Positions 46,139 to 56,089 are shown, counted from the stretch's first letter. The stretch is 64,000 nucleotides of DNA from Dehalococcoidia bacterium (GCA_964291495.2 OZ219871.1:576001-640000); one strand, 5' to 3'. A program made the numbers and translations. The notes: a model not told the origin generated them from the letters alone.

Positions 46139-49100
46139 TTACTCCGGCTCGTCGAGGAACCCGGCGTCGGCGGGCTCGAGCAGGACGCCGGCGTCGACGC
46201 GCTCGCGAGCCTCGGCGAGGGCTGCCGTAACCTCGGCCGGCGGTGGGCTCGCCAGCTCGCCGCTGCGCAGGAAGAGCAGGGCGGCGCTCACCGGAGCGCC
46301 GACGGCGGCCTCGAGGGCGCGCTGGTAGAGGCCGATCTGCACGGCGTAGCGGCTTGCCACCTCCAGCGCCGAGGTGCCGTCCAGCCGGTCGCTCTTGAAG
46401 TCGACCACGTGCCAGCCGCCCGCGTCGCGGTAGACGAGGTCGATGCTGCCGTGGACGGGCACCCCGTCCCAGTCCCAGGCGAAGGGCAGCTCGAACCAGC
46501 GCTCGACGTCCGGCGAGGCCAGCGCCTCGGCGACCGGCGAGCCCGTGTAGCGGTCGAGCATCTCCCGGACCTCGGCGGCCAGCCGTTGCGCCGTCGCCTC
46601 GTCGAGGGCGCGGTCGCTCTGCTCGCGGGCGAGGTCTACGAGCCGCTCGTGGTCGAGGGAGTCGGGCGCGCCTCCGGAGACCTCGAGGGCGCGATGCACG
46701 ACGAGGCCGCGTAGCGCCGCGAGGCCGTCGCCGCGCCCGTAATGCTGCCGCTCGGTCTGCGGAGGGCGCAGCGCCGTGACGGGCGTGCTCGCGCGCAGCG
46801 GAATCACGGGCGGCCGCTCCAGCAGCGGCGGGACATAGTCCTGCTCCTCGGAGGCGGCGGGGGGCCGGAGGATGGGCGGTGCTTGCCGCCGCGCGAGGGC
46901 GCTCGTGTCCGGTGGCAGCGGCTCGCGCAGCTCGATCGCGCGCAGGGCGCCGCCCTCGTGGGCGTCGAGCACGGCGTGCAGCCAGCCGCCCCGGCCCGAC
47001 TCGTCGCCCGAGATGTTGAGATAGTCACCCGCCCGCGTGGCGGCGACGTAGAAGAGGCGCCGGTGCTCCTCGGCGTCCTCCTCCTCGTCGCGTCGCGCAA
47101 GGTGCTCGTAGAAGCCGGGACGGGGCCGCCTGTCGTCGTCCTCGTCGGGCTTCAGGGTCACGGAGACGCCGTCCTCGCGAGACCAGCGCACGGCGTCCCA
47201 GGACCGGATCGAGGCAAGATGCGCCTCCGGCACGAACACGATCGGGAACTCGAGGCCCTTCGCGCCGTGCACCGTCATCAGCTGCACCGCGTCGGGGCGG
47301 TCGAGCGTGGCCGGCCCCTCGCGCGGGTCGAGGTCGTCGCGGCGCTGCCCGAGGTAGGAGACCACCTCGGAGAGCGGGTGCCCGGCCAGGGTGCGCACGA
47401 TGCGCAGCAGCTTGCGGATGTTCGCGCGGGCCTGCTCGCCGCCGGCGAGCGGCGCCCACGACGCCTCGAAGGCGCTGCGCTCCAACGCCAGCTCGAGCAG
47501 CGCGTCGGCCGGCAGCGAGGCGGCGGCGCGGCGCAGCTCGGCGAGTGTCCCGGCGGCGTGCGCGCAGCGCGCGCGGTCGTCGCCGCCGACCTCCGGGGGC
47601 GGATCGGCGAGCGCAGCCCGGAGCGGCCTTCCTCGCTGGCCGCGCAGCGCCAGCAGCGTGTCGTCGGCGAGGGCGAAGAAGGGCGAGCGCAGCACGCCGC
47701 TGAGCGCGAGCTCGTCCTGCGGTTCCGCCAGCCAGCGCAGCAGGTTGATGCAGTCGAGCACCTCCTGCCGCGTGAAGAAGCCGGTGCCGCTTGGCGTCGC
47801 GGCCGCCACGCCGTGCGTGTCGAGGGCCTGCTGGAAGACGTGCACGTTGGCGAAGCGCCTCAGGAGGATCGCGATGTCGCCGGGCCGCGCCGGGCGCAAC
47901 CGGTCGTCGTGCCGGTCCCAGACCAGCCGCCCCTCGTCGAGCAGCCTCCGGATCTCCGCCGCGACGGCGTCCGCCTCGACGCGCCGCCGGTCGTAGCCGG
48001 AGGCTCCGCTCGCGACCTGCGTCAGCGTGAGGTGCGGGCCGCCCGATGGCGCGGCGGCGGGGCGGCCCGTCATCGGCGGCAGCGCCGCGAGGTCCAACTC
48101 AGTCCCCTCGAACACCTCGCCAAAGAGCTCGTTGATGCGGCTCACCAGGTCGTCGTGGCTGCGGAACGAGCGGCTGAGCGGGAGCAGCGGTCCGCCTCGC
48201 GAGGCCACGAGGTCCTGCAACGCCGTGAAGCGGCGCACGTCCGCTCCGCGGAAGCGGTAGATCGATTGCCGCGCGTCGCCGACGAGGAAGAGCGCGGGGC
48301 GCGGCCCGCCGCCGTCGCCCCCGGCGATCAGCTCGATCAGCTCCGCCTGCACCGGGTTGATGTCCTGCGACTCGTCGACCATGAGGTGGAGGAAACGCCC
48401 GCGCACCGCGGCGGCCACGGCCGGATGGTCGCGCAGCAGCGCGACGGCGCCGCGCTCCAGATCGAGGAAGTCGAGCGCGTTCTGCGCCTGCTTGGCCGCC
48501 TCGTAGCGCCGCGCCGCGTCCTCGAAGAGCGCCCGCAGCCCGGCGAGCACCCTGAGGGCCGGTCCGTCATGCTCGTTCCACACGGGCAGCTTGCCTGCGT
48601 CGTCGTTGAGCTCGCGCAGCTCGCGCATCGCATCCTTGACGTTGACGGCGGCGTCGGCGTTGCCCCCGCTCTGCAGGTTGGTTTGCGATCGCGCCTCGGC
48701 AAGGAGGGCGGCGAAGTCCCCCCACTCCTGCGCCTCGCAGGCCGCGGTGAGCGGCTGCAGGACGTCGGACGCCACCTCGGCGAGTCGCTCGCTCACGTTG
48801 CCCGCATCGCGCCTGATCTGCCCGGCGATCTCCCTGGCCTGCCTCCGGATCTCCGTCTGTCGCGGCCCGTAGTGCGCCTCGAGGACCGCGCGCACGCGGG
48901 CGGGCCATGCGGCGCTGTCCGCGCCCATTGCCGCGAAGGCGGCCCGGACGGCGTCCCGCTGCGCGACCATGCGCGGGAGCTGGAGGCCCGCGTGGTAGAC
49001 GCCGATCCCGAGCAGTGCGCGCGTCCGCTCGCCGCCTGCCTCGGCGGCCGCGTCGATCGCCTCGATGCAGGCGGCGCGGCGCAGCAGCTCCGCCTCGTCG

Positions 49101-49447
49101 TCGGCGAGGACGGCGGCCGCTGGGTCGAGCCCCGCCTCGACGGGGTGCTCGCGCAGCAGGCGCAGGCCCAGCGAGTGGACGGTCCCGATCGCCGCCTCGT
49201 CGAGCAGCGCGCGGTGCTGCTCCAGCGTGGGGTCCTCCATCACCTCTCGACGCACGCGGTCGCGCATCTCGGCGGCGGCCGCCTCGGTGAAGGTGATGGC
49301 CGCGATCTGCGGGATCGCGCACTCGCGCAGCAGCTGCACGTAGCGCTCGACGAGCACGCGCGTCTTGCCGCTGCCCGCGCCCGCCGAGACCGCGAGGTCC
49401 GAGGCCTCCGCCTCGATGATCGCCCGCTGCTCGGCGGTCAGGTCCAC
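46139..49447 (-). CDS. addA: AddA-type UvrD helicase with C-terminal PD-(D/E)XK nuclease
   Basis: LTAEQ, AGAGSGKT, TFT, DESQD, VGDARQSIYRFRGA, TVHGAKGLEF, YVAATRA, GSIDL..VDFKS..QIGLY; start overlaps the addB stop. Confidence 0.88.
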   Translation of the reverse strand: MDLTAEQRAIIEAEASDLAVSAGAGSGKTRVLVERYVQLLRECAIPQIAAITFTEAAAAEMRDRVRREVMEDPTLEQHRALLDEAAIGTVHSLGLRLLREHPVEAGLDPAAAVLADDEAELLRRAACIEAIDAAAEAGGERTRALLGIGVYHAGLQLPRMVAQRDAVRAAFAAMGADSAAWPARVRAVLEAHYGPRQTEIRRQAREIAGQIRRDAGNVSERLAEVASDVLQPLTAACEAQEWGDFAALLAEARSQTNLQSGGNADAAVNVKDAMRELRELNDDAGKLPVWNEHDGPALRVLAGLRALFEDAARRYEAAKQAQNALDFLDLERGAVALLRDHPAVAAAVRGRFLHLMVDESQDINPVQAELIELIAGGDGGGPRPALFLVGDARQSIYRFRGADVRRFTALQDLVASRGGPLLPLSRSFRSHDDLVSRINELFGEVFEGTELDLAALPPMTGRPAAAPSGGPHLTLTQVASGASGYDRRRVEADAVAAEIRRLLDEGRLVWDRHDDRLRPARPGDIAILLRRFANVHVFQQALDTHGVAAATPSGTGFFTRQEVLDCINLLRWLAEPQDELALSGVLRSPFFALADDTLLALRGQRGRPLRAALADPPPEVGGDDRARCAHAAGTLAELRRAAASLPADALLELALERSAFEASWAPLAGGEQARANIRKLLRIVRTLAGHPLSEVVSYLGQRRDDLDPREGPATLDRPDAVQLMTVHGAKGLEFPIVFVPEAHLASIRSWDAVRWSREDGVSVTLKPDEDDDRRPRPGFYEHLARRDEEEDAEEHRRLFYVAATRAGDYLNISGDESGRGGWLHAVLDAHEGGALRAIELREPLPPDTSALARRQAPPILRPPAASEEQDYVPPLLERPPVIPLRASTPVTALRPPQTERQHYGRGDGLAALRGLVVHRALEVSGGAPDSLDHERLVDLAREQSDRALDEATAQRLAAEVREMLDRYTGSPVAEALASPDVERWFELPFAWDWDGVPVHGSIDLVYRDAGGWHVVDFKSDRLDGTSALEVASRYAVQIGLYQRALEAAVGAPVSAALLFLRSGELASPPPAEVTAALAEARERVDAGVLLEPADAGFLDEPE

Positions 49448-52380
49448 TGCTTCCACCTCGTGAACTGGTTGACGCGGCAGATGTGCTTGAAGTCGCAGTA
49501 GCGGGGGCAGGGCGTGACCTGCGGGTTGACCCGGAAGTCGCCGGAGGCCACCGAGGCGCGCACGACCTCGGCGTGCCGCGCGGCGTCCTCGATCAGCGCG
49601 GCGTCCGCCGGGTCCGCGCTGTCGAGCGCCCACTCCTTCTCCCGGGGGTCGAGGTAGGCGTAGCGGGCGATCAGCCGCTCCACCTGCAGCTTCTCGCGCA
49701 GCTGCTCACGCGAGGCGAGCGCGTAGAGCTGGAGCTGCAGGCGGTCGCCACGCTCGACGGAGCGGCGCGTGATCCCGCGGCCGCTCTTGTAGTCGACGAT
49801 CTGCGCGAGGCCCGGTCCCACATCGACGCGGTCGATGTTGCCGCGCAGCCGCAGCGGCGGCTCGATGCCGGGCAGCGCGACGTCGACCTCCTCCTCGAGC
49901 CCGTGGACCGCCGTCGTGCCGAACGCCTCGTTCCACTCCGCCTCGCGGCGGATCAGCCGCTCAAGGTTGTCGGCGATGTCGTCCCAGTCGAGGCGCCAGA
50001 GTGCCGCCCGCCCGAAGTGGTGCTTGCCGGGTGCGCCCAGCCAGAGCTCCCGGCCATGCTCGCGCATGCGCCGGATCGCCTCGTCCGCTGTCGCCGGGAC
50101 GAGCGGGCGCTTGTCGTCCCTCAGCGGGCCCAGCACCGCCTCCATGATGTCGTGGACCACGGTCCCGCGAATCGCCGCGTCCGCCTCGGCCAGCTCGTCC
50201 TCGACCTCGTAGAGGCTCAGCCCGTAGCGGCCGAAGAACTGGAAGGCGCAGGTCCGGTAGCTCTCGATGCGCGTCGCGCTCCAGCGGACGTCGGGCCCGA
50301 CCAGCCGCTCCAGCGCGCCGCCCGCCGAGGTCAGGTCGCCCTCGTGGCGGCCGGCGTTCGCGAACGAGCTTCGCCGCTGCTCGATCGGCGCCGCCGTGCG
50401 CACGACCGGCCAGGCCGCCAGTCCCTCCGGCCGCCGCCGCTCGCCGCCCGGCCAGCGCGCGGTGAGCGTGACGGCCAGCTCACGCTGCGAGGCGGCCTCG
50501 CGCGGCTCGACCTCGGCGGACTCGTCGGCTGCCTCCTCCTCGTCGAAGTACCAGGAGGCGGGGACGGGGCGGCCGCCGTCGTCGAAGCGCGGCCGCCACA
50601 GCGAGGTCGCGCTATCGGCGCGCGACGAGGCGGAGCGCCACAGCTCGTCCTCCGTCGAGCGCGGCTCCGGGGGCAGTTCCAGGCCCGCCCCGCCCAGTTG
50701 CTCGCGCGCCTCGCGATCGAGCAGGCGTGCGGCGCGGCGCGGCGCGGGGAACTCGCCCTCCGCGAGGCCGCCGATGAAGACGTGCGCGAAGCGCAGCCCG
50801 TGCAGCGTGTGCATCGGCGCGAACAGCACGCCGCCGGCCTCGCGCAGCAGCACCGCGGGCCGCTGCATACGCCGCTCCAGCTCCGCGGCGAACGCCTCGA
50901 GCGTGAGCGGCGTACCGCCGAATCGCTCGTCGATCGCGCGCAGCGCGTCGAGGTCGGCGCGCAGCGCCGCCGTCTCGACCTCGAGGCTCTCGTAGCCCTC
51001 GACGGAGGCGCGGACGAGGCCGCCCGGTGCGAGCAGGGCCTCGTCAAGCGCTGCCGCCCACTCGCCCGCCGTGCGGGGCCCGCCGCCGAGCAGCGCGGTC
51101 AGCGCCTCGACGGCCTGCGCGAGGCCGTCGCGTGCGGCGCGCAGGCGGAGGGCGTAGTCCCCGCGACCGTCGGCGTCGGCGCGCTCGGCATCGTCGGCCA
51201 GCGCCTCCCGCAGCCGCTCGAGCTGCTCAAGGCCCGAGAGCAGGTTCCGCCTCCGTCCGATGCGCAGCAGGTGGTCGACGGTGTCGCCCTCGATGCCCCA
51301 ACGGCCGCGATCGAGGAAGGCGGAGCGCAGCAGCTCGGCCAGTCGCGTGAGCCGCCAGTCGTGCTCGGGCAGGCGCAGCAGCGCCAGCACCCAGGTCCCG
51401 AACGGCCTCGAGGCGAGGCGCTCGCCGGCGGCCGGGTCGAAGGGCAGCTCGTACTCGGCGAAGACGCGGCGGGCGAGCGCAAGGTGCTGCGAGGCCTGGC
51501 GGAAGGCCACGGCCACGTCCGAGGGCCGCAGCGCCTCCTCCTCGCCCAGCCGCTGCTTGATCGCACGCGCGATCCCGCGCAGCTGCGCCTCGGCGTCGAA
51601 GGCGCGGTGGGCGCTGCTGCCGGCGGCACCGTCGCGCTCCTCCAGCTCCTCGACGGCCGCGCCGCCGGCCACCACTTCGAGGCGCGACGCCGTCCAGCGC
51701 GCCCGCTCGCTCGCCTCGCGATCGATGGCGACGAGCACGCGGGTGCGGTCGGCCAGTGCGGTGACGAGCGACTGCTCGCGCGGGCTCAGGAACTCAAACG
51801 AGTCGACGAGCACGAGGCCCGGCGGATCGGGACCGCCCTCGATTGCCTCGGCGGCCAGCGATGGCGCCTCGCTGGGATCGTGCCACCGCCGCTGGGCGAG
51901 GTCGCGCCGGTAGGCGGCGTAGATGTCGGCGAGCGCGGCGAGGTCGTCGCTCTCCGCGCCCGCGGCGGCCGCCGCGAACGCCGCGGGCTCGACGTCGGCG
52001 GCAACCAGCTCCGTCACCGCCTCGGCGATCAGCGCGTGCAGGCCCGGCTTGTCGGCGATCGGTGCGAAGCGGCCGGCCTCGCCCGACGCGATGCGCTTCA
52101 GCGAGACGCGCCGCAGCAGGTCCGCCGCCACCTCGCGCGACAGCGTCCGACCGGCCGCGTGCCGGCGCGCGTACTGCGCCAGCGTCGAGACATCGAGGCT
52201 GAGGGCGACGCCGCACGCCGCGACCAAGCGGCGGCGGAACTGGTCGCCGTGCCGCGCCGTCGGCACGAGCACGAGCGTGGGGGCGAAGCGGTCGTCCTGG
52301 TAGCGCCTCGCGGCGTGCTCGACGAGCCGCCCGGTCTTCCCGGACCCGGCGGGCCCGCACACCATCACCAACTCGCCCAT
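49438..52380 (-). CDS. addB: AddB-type helicase-like/nuclease subunit with Fe-S cysteines
   Basis: GPAGSGKT, SATRIESYRTCAFQFF, GNIDRVD..VDYKS..QLQLY, CPRYCDFKHICR. Confidence 0.85.
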   Translation of the reverse strand: MGELVMVCGPAGSGKTGRLVEHAARRYQDDRFAPTLVLVPTARHGDQFRRRLVAACGVALSLDVSTLAQYARRHAAGRTLSREVAADLLRRVSLKRIASGEAGRFAPIADKPGLHALIAEAVTELVAADVEPAAFAAAAAGAESDDLAALADIYAAYRRDLAQRRWHDPSEAPSLAAEAIEGGPDPPGLVLVDSFEFLSPREQSLVTALADRTRVLVAIDREASERARWTASRLEVVAGGAAVEELEERDGAAGSSAHRAFDAEAQLRGIARAIKQRLGEEEALRPSDVAVAFRQASQHLALARRVFAEYELPFDPAAGERLASRPFGTWVLALLRLPEHDWRLTRLAELLRSAFLDRGRWGIEGDTVDHLLRIGRRRNLLSGLEQLERLREALADDAERADADGRGDYALRLRAARDGLAQAVEALTALLGGGPRTAGEWAAALDEALLAPGGLVRASVEGYESLEVETAALRADLDALRAIDERFGGTPLTLEAFAAELERRMQRPAVLLREAGGVLFAPMHTLHGLRFAHVFIGGLAEGEFPAPRRAARLLDREAREQLGGAGLELPPEPRSTEDELWRSASSRADSATSLWRPRFDDGGRPVPASWYFDEEEAADESAEVEPREAASQRELAVTLTARWPGGERRRPEGLAAWPVVRTAAPIEQRRSSFANAGRHEGDLTSAGGALERLVGPDVRWSATRIESYRTCAFQFFGRYGLSLYEVEDELAEADAAIRGTVVHDIMEAVLGPLRDDKRPLVPATADEAIRRMREHGRELWLGAPGKHHFGRAALWRLDWDDIADNLERLIRREAEWNEAFGTTAVHGLEEEVDVALPGIEPPLRLRGNIDRVDVGPGLAQIVDYKSGRGITRRSVERGDRLQLQLYALASREQLREKLQVERLIARYAYLDPREKEWALDSADPADAALIEDAARHAEVVRASVASGDFRVNPQVTPCPRYCDFKHICRVNQFTRWKQWT

Positions 52381-52407
52381 CACCCCCGATTGTAGCGAGC
52401 GCCGGGC

Positions 52408-52490
52408 CAGGTCTCGCGCATCTCCTCGGAGCTCGACATGGCCGTTACGAGCTTCCGGGAGCGCCCGCTCGCTACTGCTACCTCGAGGCG
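52408..52490 (+). pseudogene. IS256-family transposase remnant
   Basis: Reads QVSRISSELDMAVTSFRERPL and then, frameshifted, RYCYLEA. This resembles the IS256 segment QVSRIxxELDxxVxxFRxRPL..YPYxxLDA. Confidence 0.6.
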
Positions 52491-52609
52491 TTCCTCCGGG
52501 AGAGCGCCATGCGATCTGCTAGCCTTGCGCGACCCCGCCCGACTGCACGGTTACGGCGCGCAGGGTCGCCCGTGACGGACTCCGCGATGGACAGACCGGG
52601 GAGCAGACC

Positions 52610-53296
52610 ATGTCGGACCTGATCGAACACCTCCGATCCTTCAACCGGAAGGAGCGCTTCATCCTGCTGCGCGAGGCCCTCGGCACCGACACCCTGGGCG
52701 ACGACTTCCGCGAGCGGCTCGGCGAAGCCATCGGCGTTGAGGTCCCTGCCGATGCGTTCGTCGCGATGGACTACCACCTCGACTGGCTGCAGATGGCGCT
52801 CTACCTGGCGGGCAATCCCTCGCCGCCGGAGCGTATCCACAACGACGGACTCGTCTCCGGGAACCAGGAAGATGCGGACCTGATCATCGCGTTCGACGGG
52901 GATTCGACGACGCACGTCGCCCTGGTTGAAGCGAAGGTCGAGACGAACTGGACGAACAGGCAGCTCAAGTCGAAGGCCAAGCGGCTCAGCCGGATCTTTG
53001 GCGAAGGGCGGCCCGGGGTTCACCAAGCGACGCCCCACTATGTGCTCGCGTCACCCGACCCGCCCCCTCCGGGCATCAGCACGGCCGATTGGCCCGAGTG
53101 GATGAAGCCCCGTGAAGAGCCGGTCTGGATGTCACTCAAGAGGCCGGCCGGGCTGAAGAAGCCGACGCGGTGCACAACGCTCGGGAAGACCTCGCGGCGG
53201 GGCCGCTTCGTGAAAATCGAATCGGTGAGCGGCGACGACCAGCCAGCAGCACCAGGCGTCGGTCCGCACGAGATCGTGCACAACGGCCAGACGTAG
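52610..53296 (+). CDS. Hypothetical protein with PD-(D/E)XK-like nuclease motif
   Basis: E-D-A-D-LIIAF...LVEAK...W...Q; ATG after GGGGAG. Confidence 0.65.
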   Translation: MSDLIEHLRSFNRKERFILLREALGTDTLGDDFRERLGEAIGVEVPADAFVAMDYHLDWLQMALYLAGNPSPPERIHNDGLVSGNQEDADLIIAFDGDSTTHVALVEAKVETNWTNRQLKSKAKRLSRIFGEGRPGVHQATPHYVLASPDPPPPGISTADWPEWMKPREEPVWMSLKRPAGLKKPTRCTTLGKTSRRGRFVKIESVSGDDQPAAPGVGPHEIVHNGQT

Positions 53297-53367
53297 ACCG
53301 TCGACTCAGAGGGCTGGGTCTTGCTGCCCTCGGGCCGCCGAGATAAGCGCTACAAGTACCCGCTCGG

Positions 53368-53799
53368 TCAGCACCCCTGAGTGCGAAGCTGCTCGATCCG
53401 CCGCAGCACGGCCGTCACGAGCCCGGACTCGATCGCGTCCGCTACAGCGCCTTCGACGAAGCGCTCGGAGCGGATCACCACCGTGAGGAGGCGCACGAGG
53501 TCGAGCGCGGTCGCCTGCTCGATTGCCCCTCGATCGTCCCAGAGGCGCCGCGCCTCAGGCGTCTGCGCCCACTCGCCCCAATCGAAATCAGAGCGCACCC
53601 AGCCGTCGCGGTAGGCCACTTCAACGAACCGGGACGTGAGTTCCGAGTCCGAGAACCACGGCATGGTGAAGGTGCCGGGCTCCGTCTCGCCTCCCCCCTT
53701 CCAGGTTCCGAATTCGGCATCGGGCGCCTCGAAGGCGGGAAGGAGGGACGCCAGGCCATCGAGCCGCGGGCGGGCCGACTCGTCGTGCTGATCGGTCAA
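53368..53799 (-). CDS. DUF6508-like protein
   Basis: FTMPW, DGWV..FDW.EW, LLT.VIRSERFVEG....IESG....LRR; TTG start after AGGAGG. Confidence 0.75.
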   Translation of the reverse strand: MTDQHDESARPRLDGLASLLPAFEAPDAEFGTWKGGGETEPGTFTMPWFSDSELTSRFVEVAYRDGWVRSDFDWGEWAQTPEARRLWDDRGAIEQATALDLVRLLTVVIRSERFVEGAVADAIESGLVTAVLRRIEQLRTQGC

Positions 53800-53920
53800 G
53801 GGTTCGTCCTCCTGTGCCGCCCGCCATTTCGGCTACGCGACGGCGCGCGCCACCCGGACGCCCGTCGTCCGCTCCGCGATCGTATCGTCGTTGACCACCA
53901 TTGCGGGAGACCGACAGCTC

Positions 53921-53983
53921 TTGACAGTCAATGCCACTTTCGCGTACACAGGCCGTGACAGCGGCAAGAGCGAGCGCTCACTC
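53921..53983 (+). promoter_or_regulatory. Sigma70 promoter TTGACA-N18-TACACA plus operator GAGCGAGCGCTCACTC
   Basis: -35 at 53921-53926, -10 at 53945-53950, palindrome at 53968-53983; TGACA-N5-TGCCA overlaps the -35. Confidence 0.7.
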
Positions 53984-54039
53984 CTCGCGCGTGGGCGGGC
54001 GCTCGGCTGGTATCGCGGCGACTGGTACGGGGGTTTCAC

Positions 54040-55269
54040 ATGAGGTTCGGCATCTTCTACGAGCTGGCGGTTCCGAAACCATGGACTCCCGAGAGCGAAC
54101 TCGAGGTCTACCAGACCTCACTCGAGCAGGTGCGGCTCGCCGACGAGCTCGGGTTCGACTCCGTGTGGGCCGTCGAGCATCACTTCCTCGAGGAGTACTC
54201 GCACTGCTCTGCCTCGGATGTCTTCCTCACGGCGTGCGCCGCGCAGACGAAGAATATCCGCATCGGCTTCGGCATTCGCCTGCTGCTCCCGCCGTTCAAC
54301 CACCCGGTCCGCACGGCGGAGACGGCGGCCGCGATCGACCTGATCAGCAACGGGCGCCTCGAGTTCGGCACCGGCCGCTCCCAGACCTGGAACGAGCTGG
54401 GCGGCTTCCTCTGCGACCCCGACGACACCAAGGACATGTGGGCCGAGGCGGTCGAGGCGATCCCGAAGATGTGGAAGGAAGAGTACTTCTCCTGGGACGG
54501 CAAGTACTTCAACGTGCCGCCCCGCAACGTCCTCCCGAAGCCCCTGCAGAAGCCGCACCCGCCGATGTGGGTCGCGGTCAGCAGTCCCGAGACTGCCATC
54601 CAGGCGGGCGAGCGGGGCCTCGGAATGCTCGGCGTCAGCGGCGCCGCGCCCGAGGAGCAGGCGAAGCGGATCAACACCTACCGGGAGCTCGTCAGGAACT
54701 GCGAGCCGGTCGGCGACTTCGTGAACGAGCGGGTGGGGACGCTGAACTGGCTCCACTGCTCCGAGGATCCGGACGAGGCGGCGATGTACGGCCAGCAGCT
54801 GGTGCAGGGATTCAACCAGCTGAACGCGCACTTCGTCGCGATCCGGCAGGTCTACCCCACGCGCGTCTACCGCGCGCCAGGTGGCGGCGCCCGGGCGCGG
54901 CGCGACCGGCGAGGGGCCGCCTCCCAGCGCGCCGAGGCAGCGAAGCGGCCGGCAGGGGGCGGACTCGCCTCGGCGAGCCAGGCGGGCACGTTCCGCCGGG
55001 ACGACCTGGCGATCGGCACGCCCGACCAGATCATCAAGAACATGAAGCGCTGGGAGGAGATGGGCGTCGACCTCGTGACCTGTCTCGTCAGCGTCGGCAC
55101 GCTCGTGCCGCAGGAGAAGATCCTGAAGTCCCTCAAGCTCTTCGCGGAAGAGGTGATCCCGGCCTTCGACAAGGGCGAAGACGAGCCGAAGCCGTACGAC
55201 CCCCGGGCCCGGGCGGCGACGAACGGCCGGTCGGGGAGCAAGGCGAAGAAGGCCGCCGCGGCATCGTAA
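54040..55269 (+). CDS. LLM flavin-dependent oxidoreductase
   Basis: MRFGIFYE, WAVEHHFLEEYSH, HPVRTAE, GTGRS, PKPLQKPHPPMW. Confidence 0.92.
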   Translation: MRFGIFYELAVPKPWTPESELEVYQTSLEQVRLADELGFDSVWAVEHHFLEEYSHCSASDVFLTACAAQTKNIRIGFGIRLLLPPFNHPVRTAETAAAIDLISNGRLEFGTGRSQTWNELGGFLCDPDDTKDMWAEAVEAIPKMWKEEYFSWDGKYFNVPPRNVLPKPLQKPHPPMWVAVSSPETAIQAGERGLGMLGVSGAAPEEQAKRINTYRELVRNCEPVGDFVNERVGTLNWLHCSEDPDEAAMYGQQLVQGFNQLNAHFVAIRQVYPTRVYRAPGGGARARRDRRGAASQRAEAAKRPAGGGLASASQAGTFRRDDLAIGTPDQIIKNMKRWEEMGVDLVTCLVSVGTLVPQEKILKSLKLFAEEVIPAFDKGEDEPKPYDPRARAATNGRSGSKAKKAAAAS

Positions 55270-55305
55270 GGGCGATCGCGAGGACGCTGGAGGAAGGAGC
55301 CCGCA

Positions 55306-56049
55306 ATGCCTGAGTACGGGCGGTTTGGCGTCGACAAGCTCCCGTTCACGACGCCATTCCTGGCGCCGCTCTACCCCGCGCCTCCCTGGATGCTCGAGGA
55401 CAGCGAAATCCTCCTGATGAGCTACGAGATCGACAAGGATCTCGCGGAGAGTTCGCTGCCGCCGGCACTCTCGCGCTCGTACCCGCCGTACGGGCACATC
55501 ATGGTCTCGTACTACCCCTCGAGCCCGGTCGGGCCGTTCGGCCAGGCGACGCAGATGATCGTCTGCCGCTGGCGGACCACCGCGCGCGCGTTCCCGCTCT
55601 TCACCATCGTCAGCACGGAGGCGGCCTGTGCGGCCTTCCGCGAGTTCTGGGCCTTCCCGGCGAAGCTCGGCGAGGTGACGCTGGAACGAAACGGCGATAC
55701 TGTCAGCGCCTCAATCGGGCGAAACGGCGATGTGCTCGCGAGCGTGCGGATGACGGACCTGGAAGAGGTCACCGCCGGCGAGATGCGCTACGACCCGATG
55801 ATGAACGCGCGCGTGGTGCGCGCCGCCCGGGAGGAAGACGACCCGCCCGTCCTCGAACTGGATCAGATCGACCCCGACTACACGTACAAGCAGACGTGGC
55901 GCGGCCAGGGCGCGGTCGAGTTCCCGGCGGCGAGCGAGGCCGACCCGTGGCACCTGATGCAGAACCGTAACCACATCGCCACGACGTTCGCCGTCTGTGA
56001 CACGCAGCTCGGTTTCGCGCGCTACGTCGTCTCGTTCGACGAGCCCTGA
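55306..56049 (+). CDS. Acetoacetate decarboxylase-like superfamily protein
   Basis: YPAPPW, LPPAL, VGPF, REFWAFPAKLG (Schiff-base Lys region), DPW. Confidence 0.8.
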   Translation: MPEYGRFGVDKLPFTTPFLAPLYPAPPWMLEDSEILLMSYEIDKDLAESSLPPALSRSYPPYGHIMVSYYPSSPVGPFGQATQMIVCRWRTTARAFPLFTIVSTEAACAAFREFWAFPAKLGEVTLERNGDTVSASIGRNGDVLASVRMTDLEEVTAGEMRYDPMMNARVVRAAREEDDPPVLELDQIDPDYTYKQTWRGQGAVEFPAASEADPWHLMQNRNHIATTFAVCDTQLGFARYVVSFDEP

Positions 56050-56089
56050 TCACGATTCGCCCGGCGGAGGCTCGATCGCGAGTGCCTGC

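Noticed and set aside
46139-52380. Helicase-nuclease pair as a novel defence system or Cas4-like module
   Set aside because: Order, sizes, motifs and the Fe-S cysteine pattern fit housekeeping AddAB.
53833-53901. Short minus-strand ORF MVVNDDTIAERTTGVRVARAVA upstream of the DUF6508 gene
   Set aside because: Could be a gene-end remnant, but it is too short to assign.
54870-54990. Arg/Ala/Gly-rich stretch in the LLM as a frameshift
   Set aside because: The frame stays open and the conserved C-terminal LLM motif (IGTPDQI) follows in frame, so it is probably a loop insertion.
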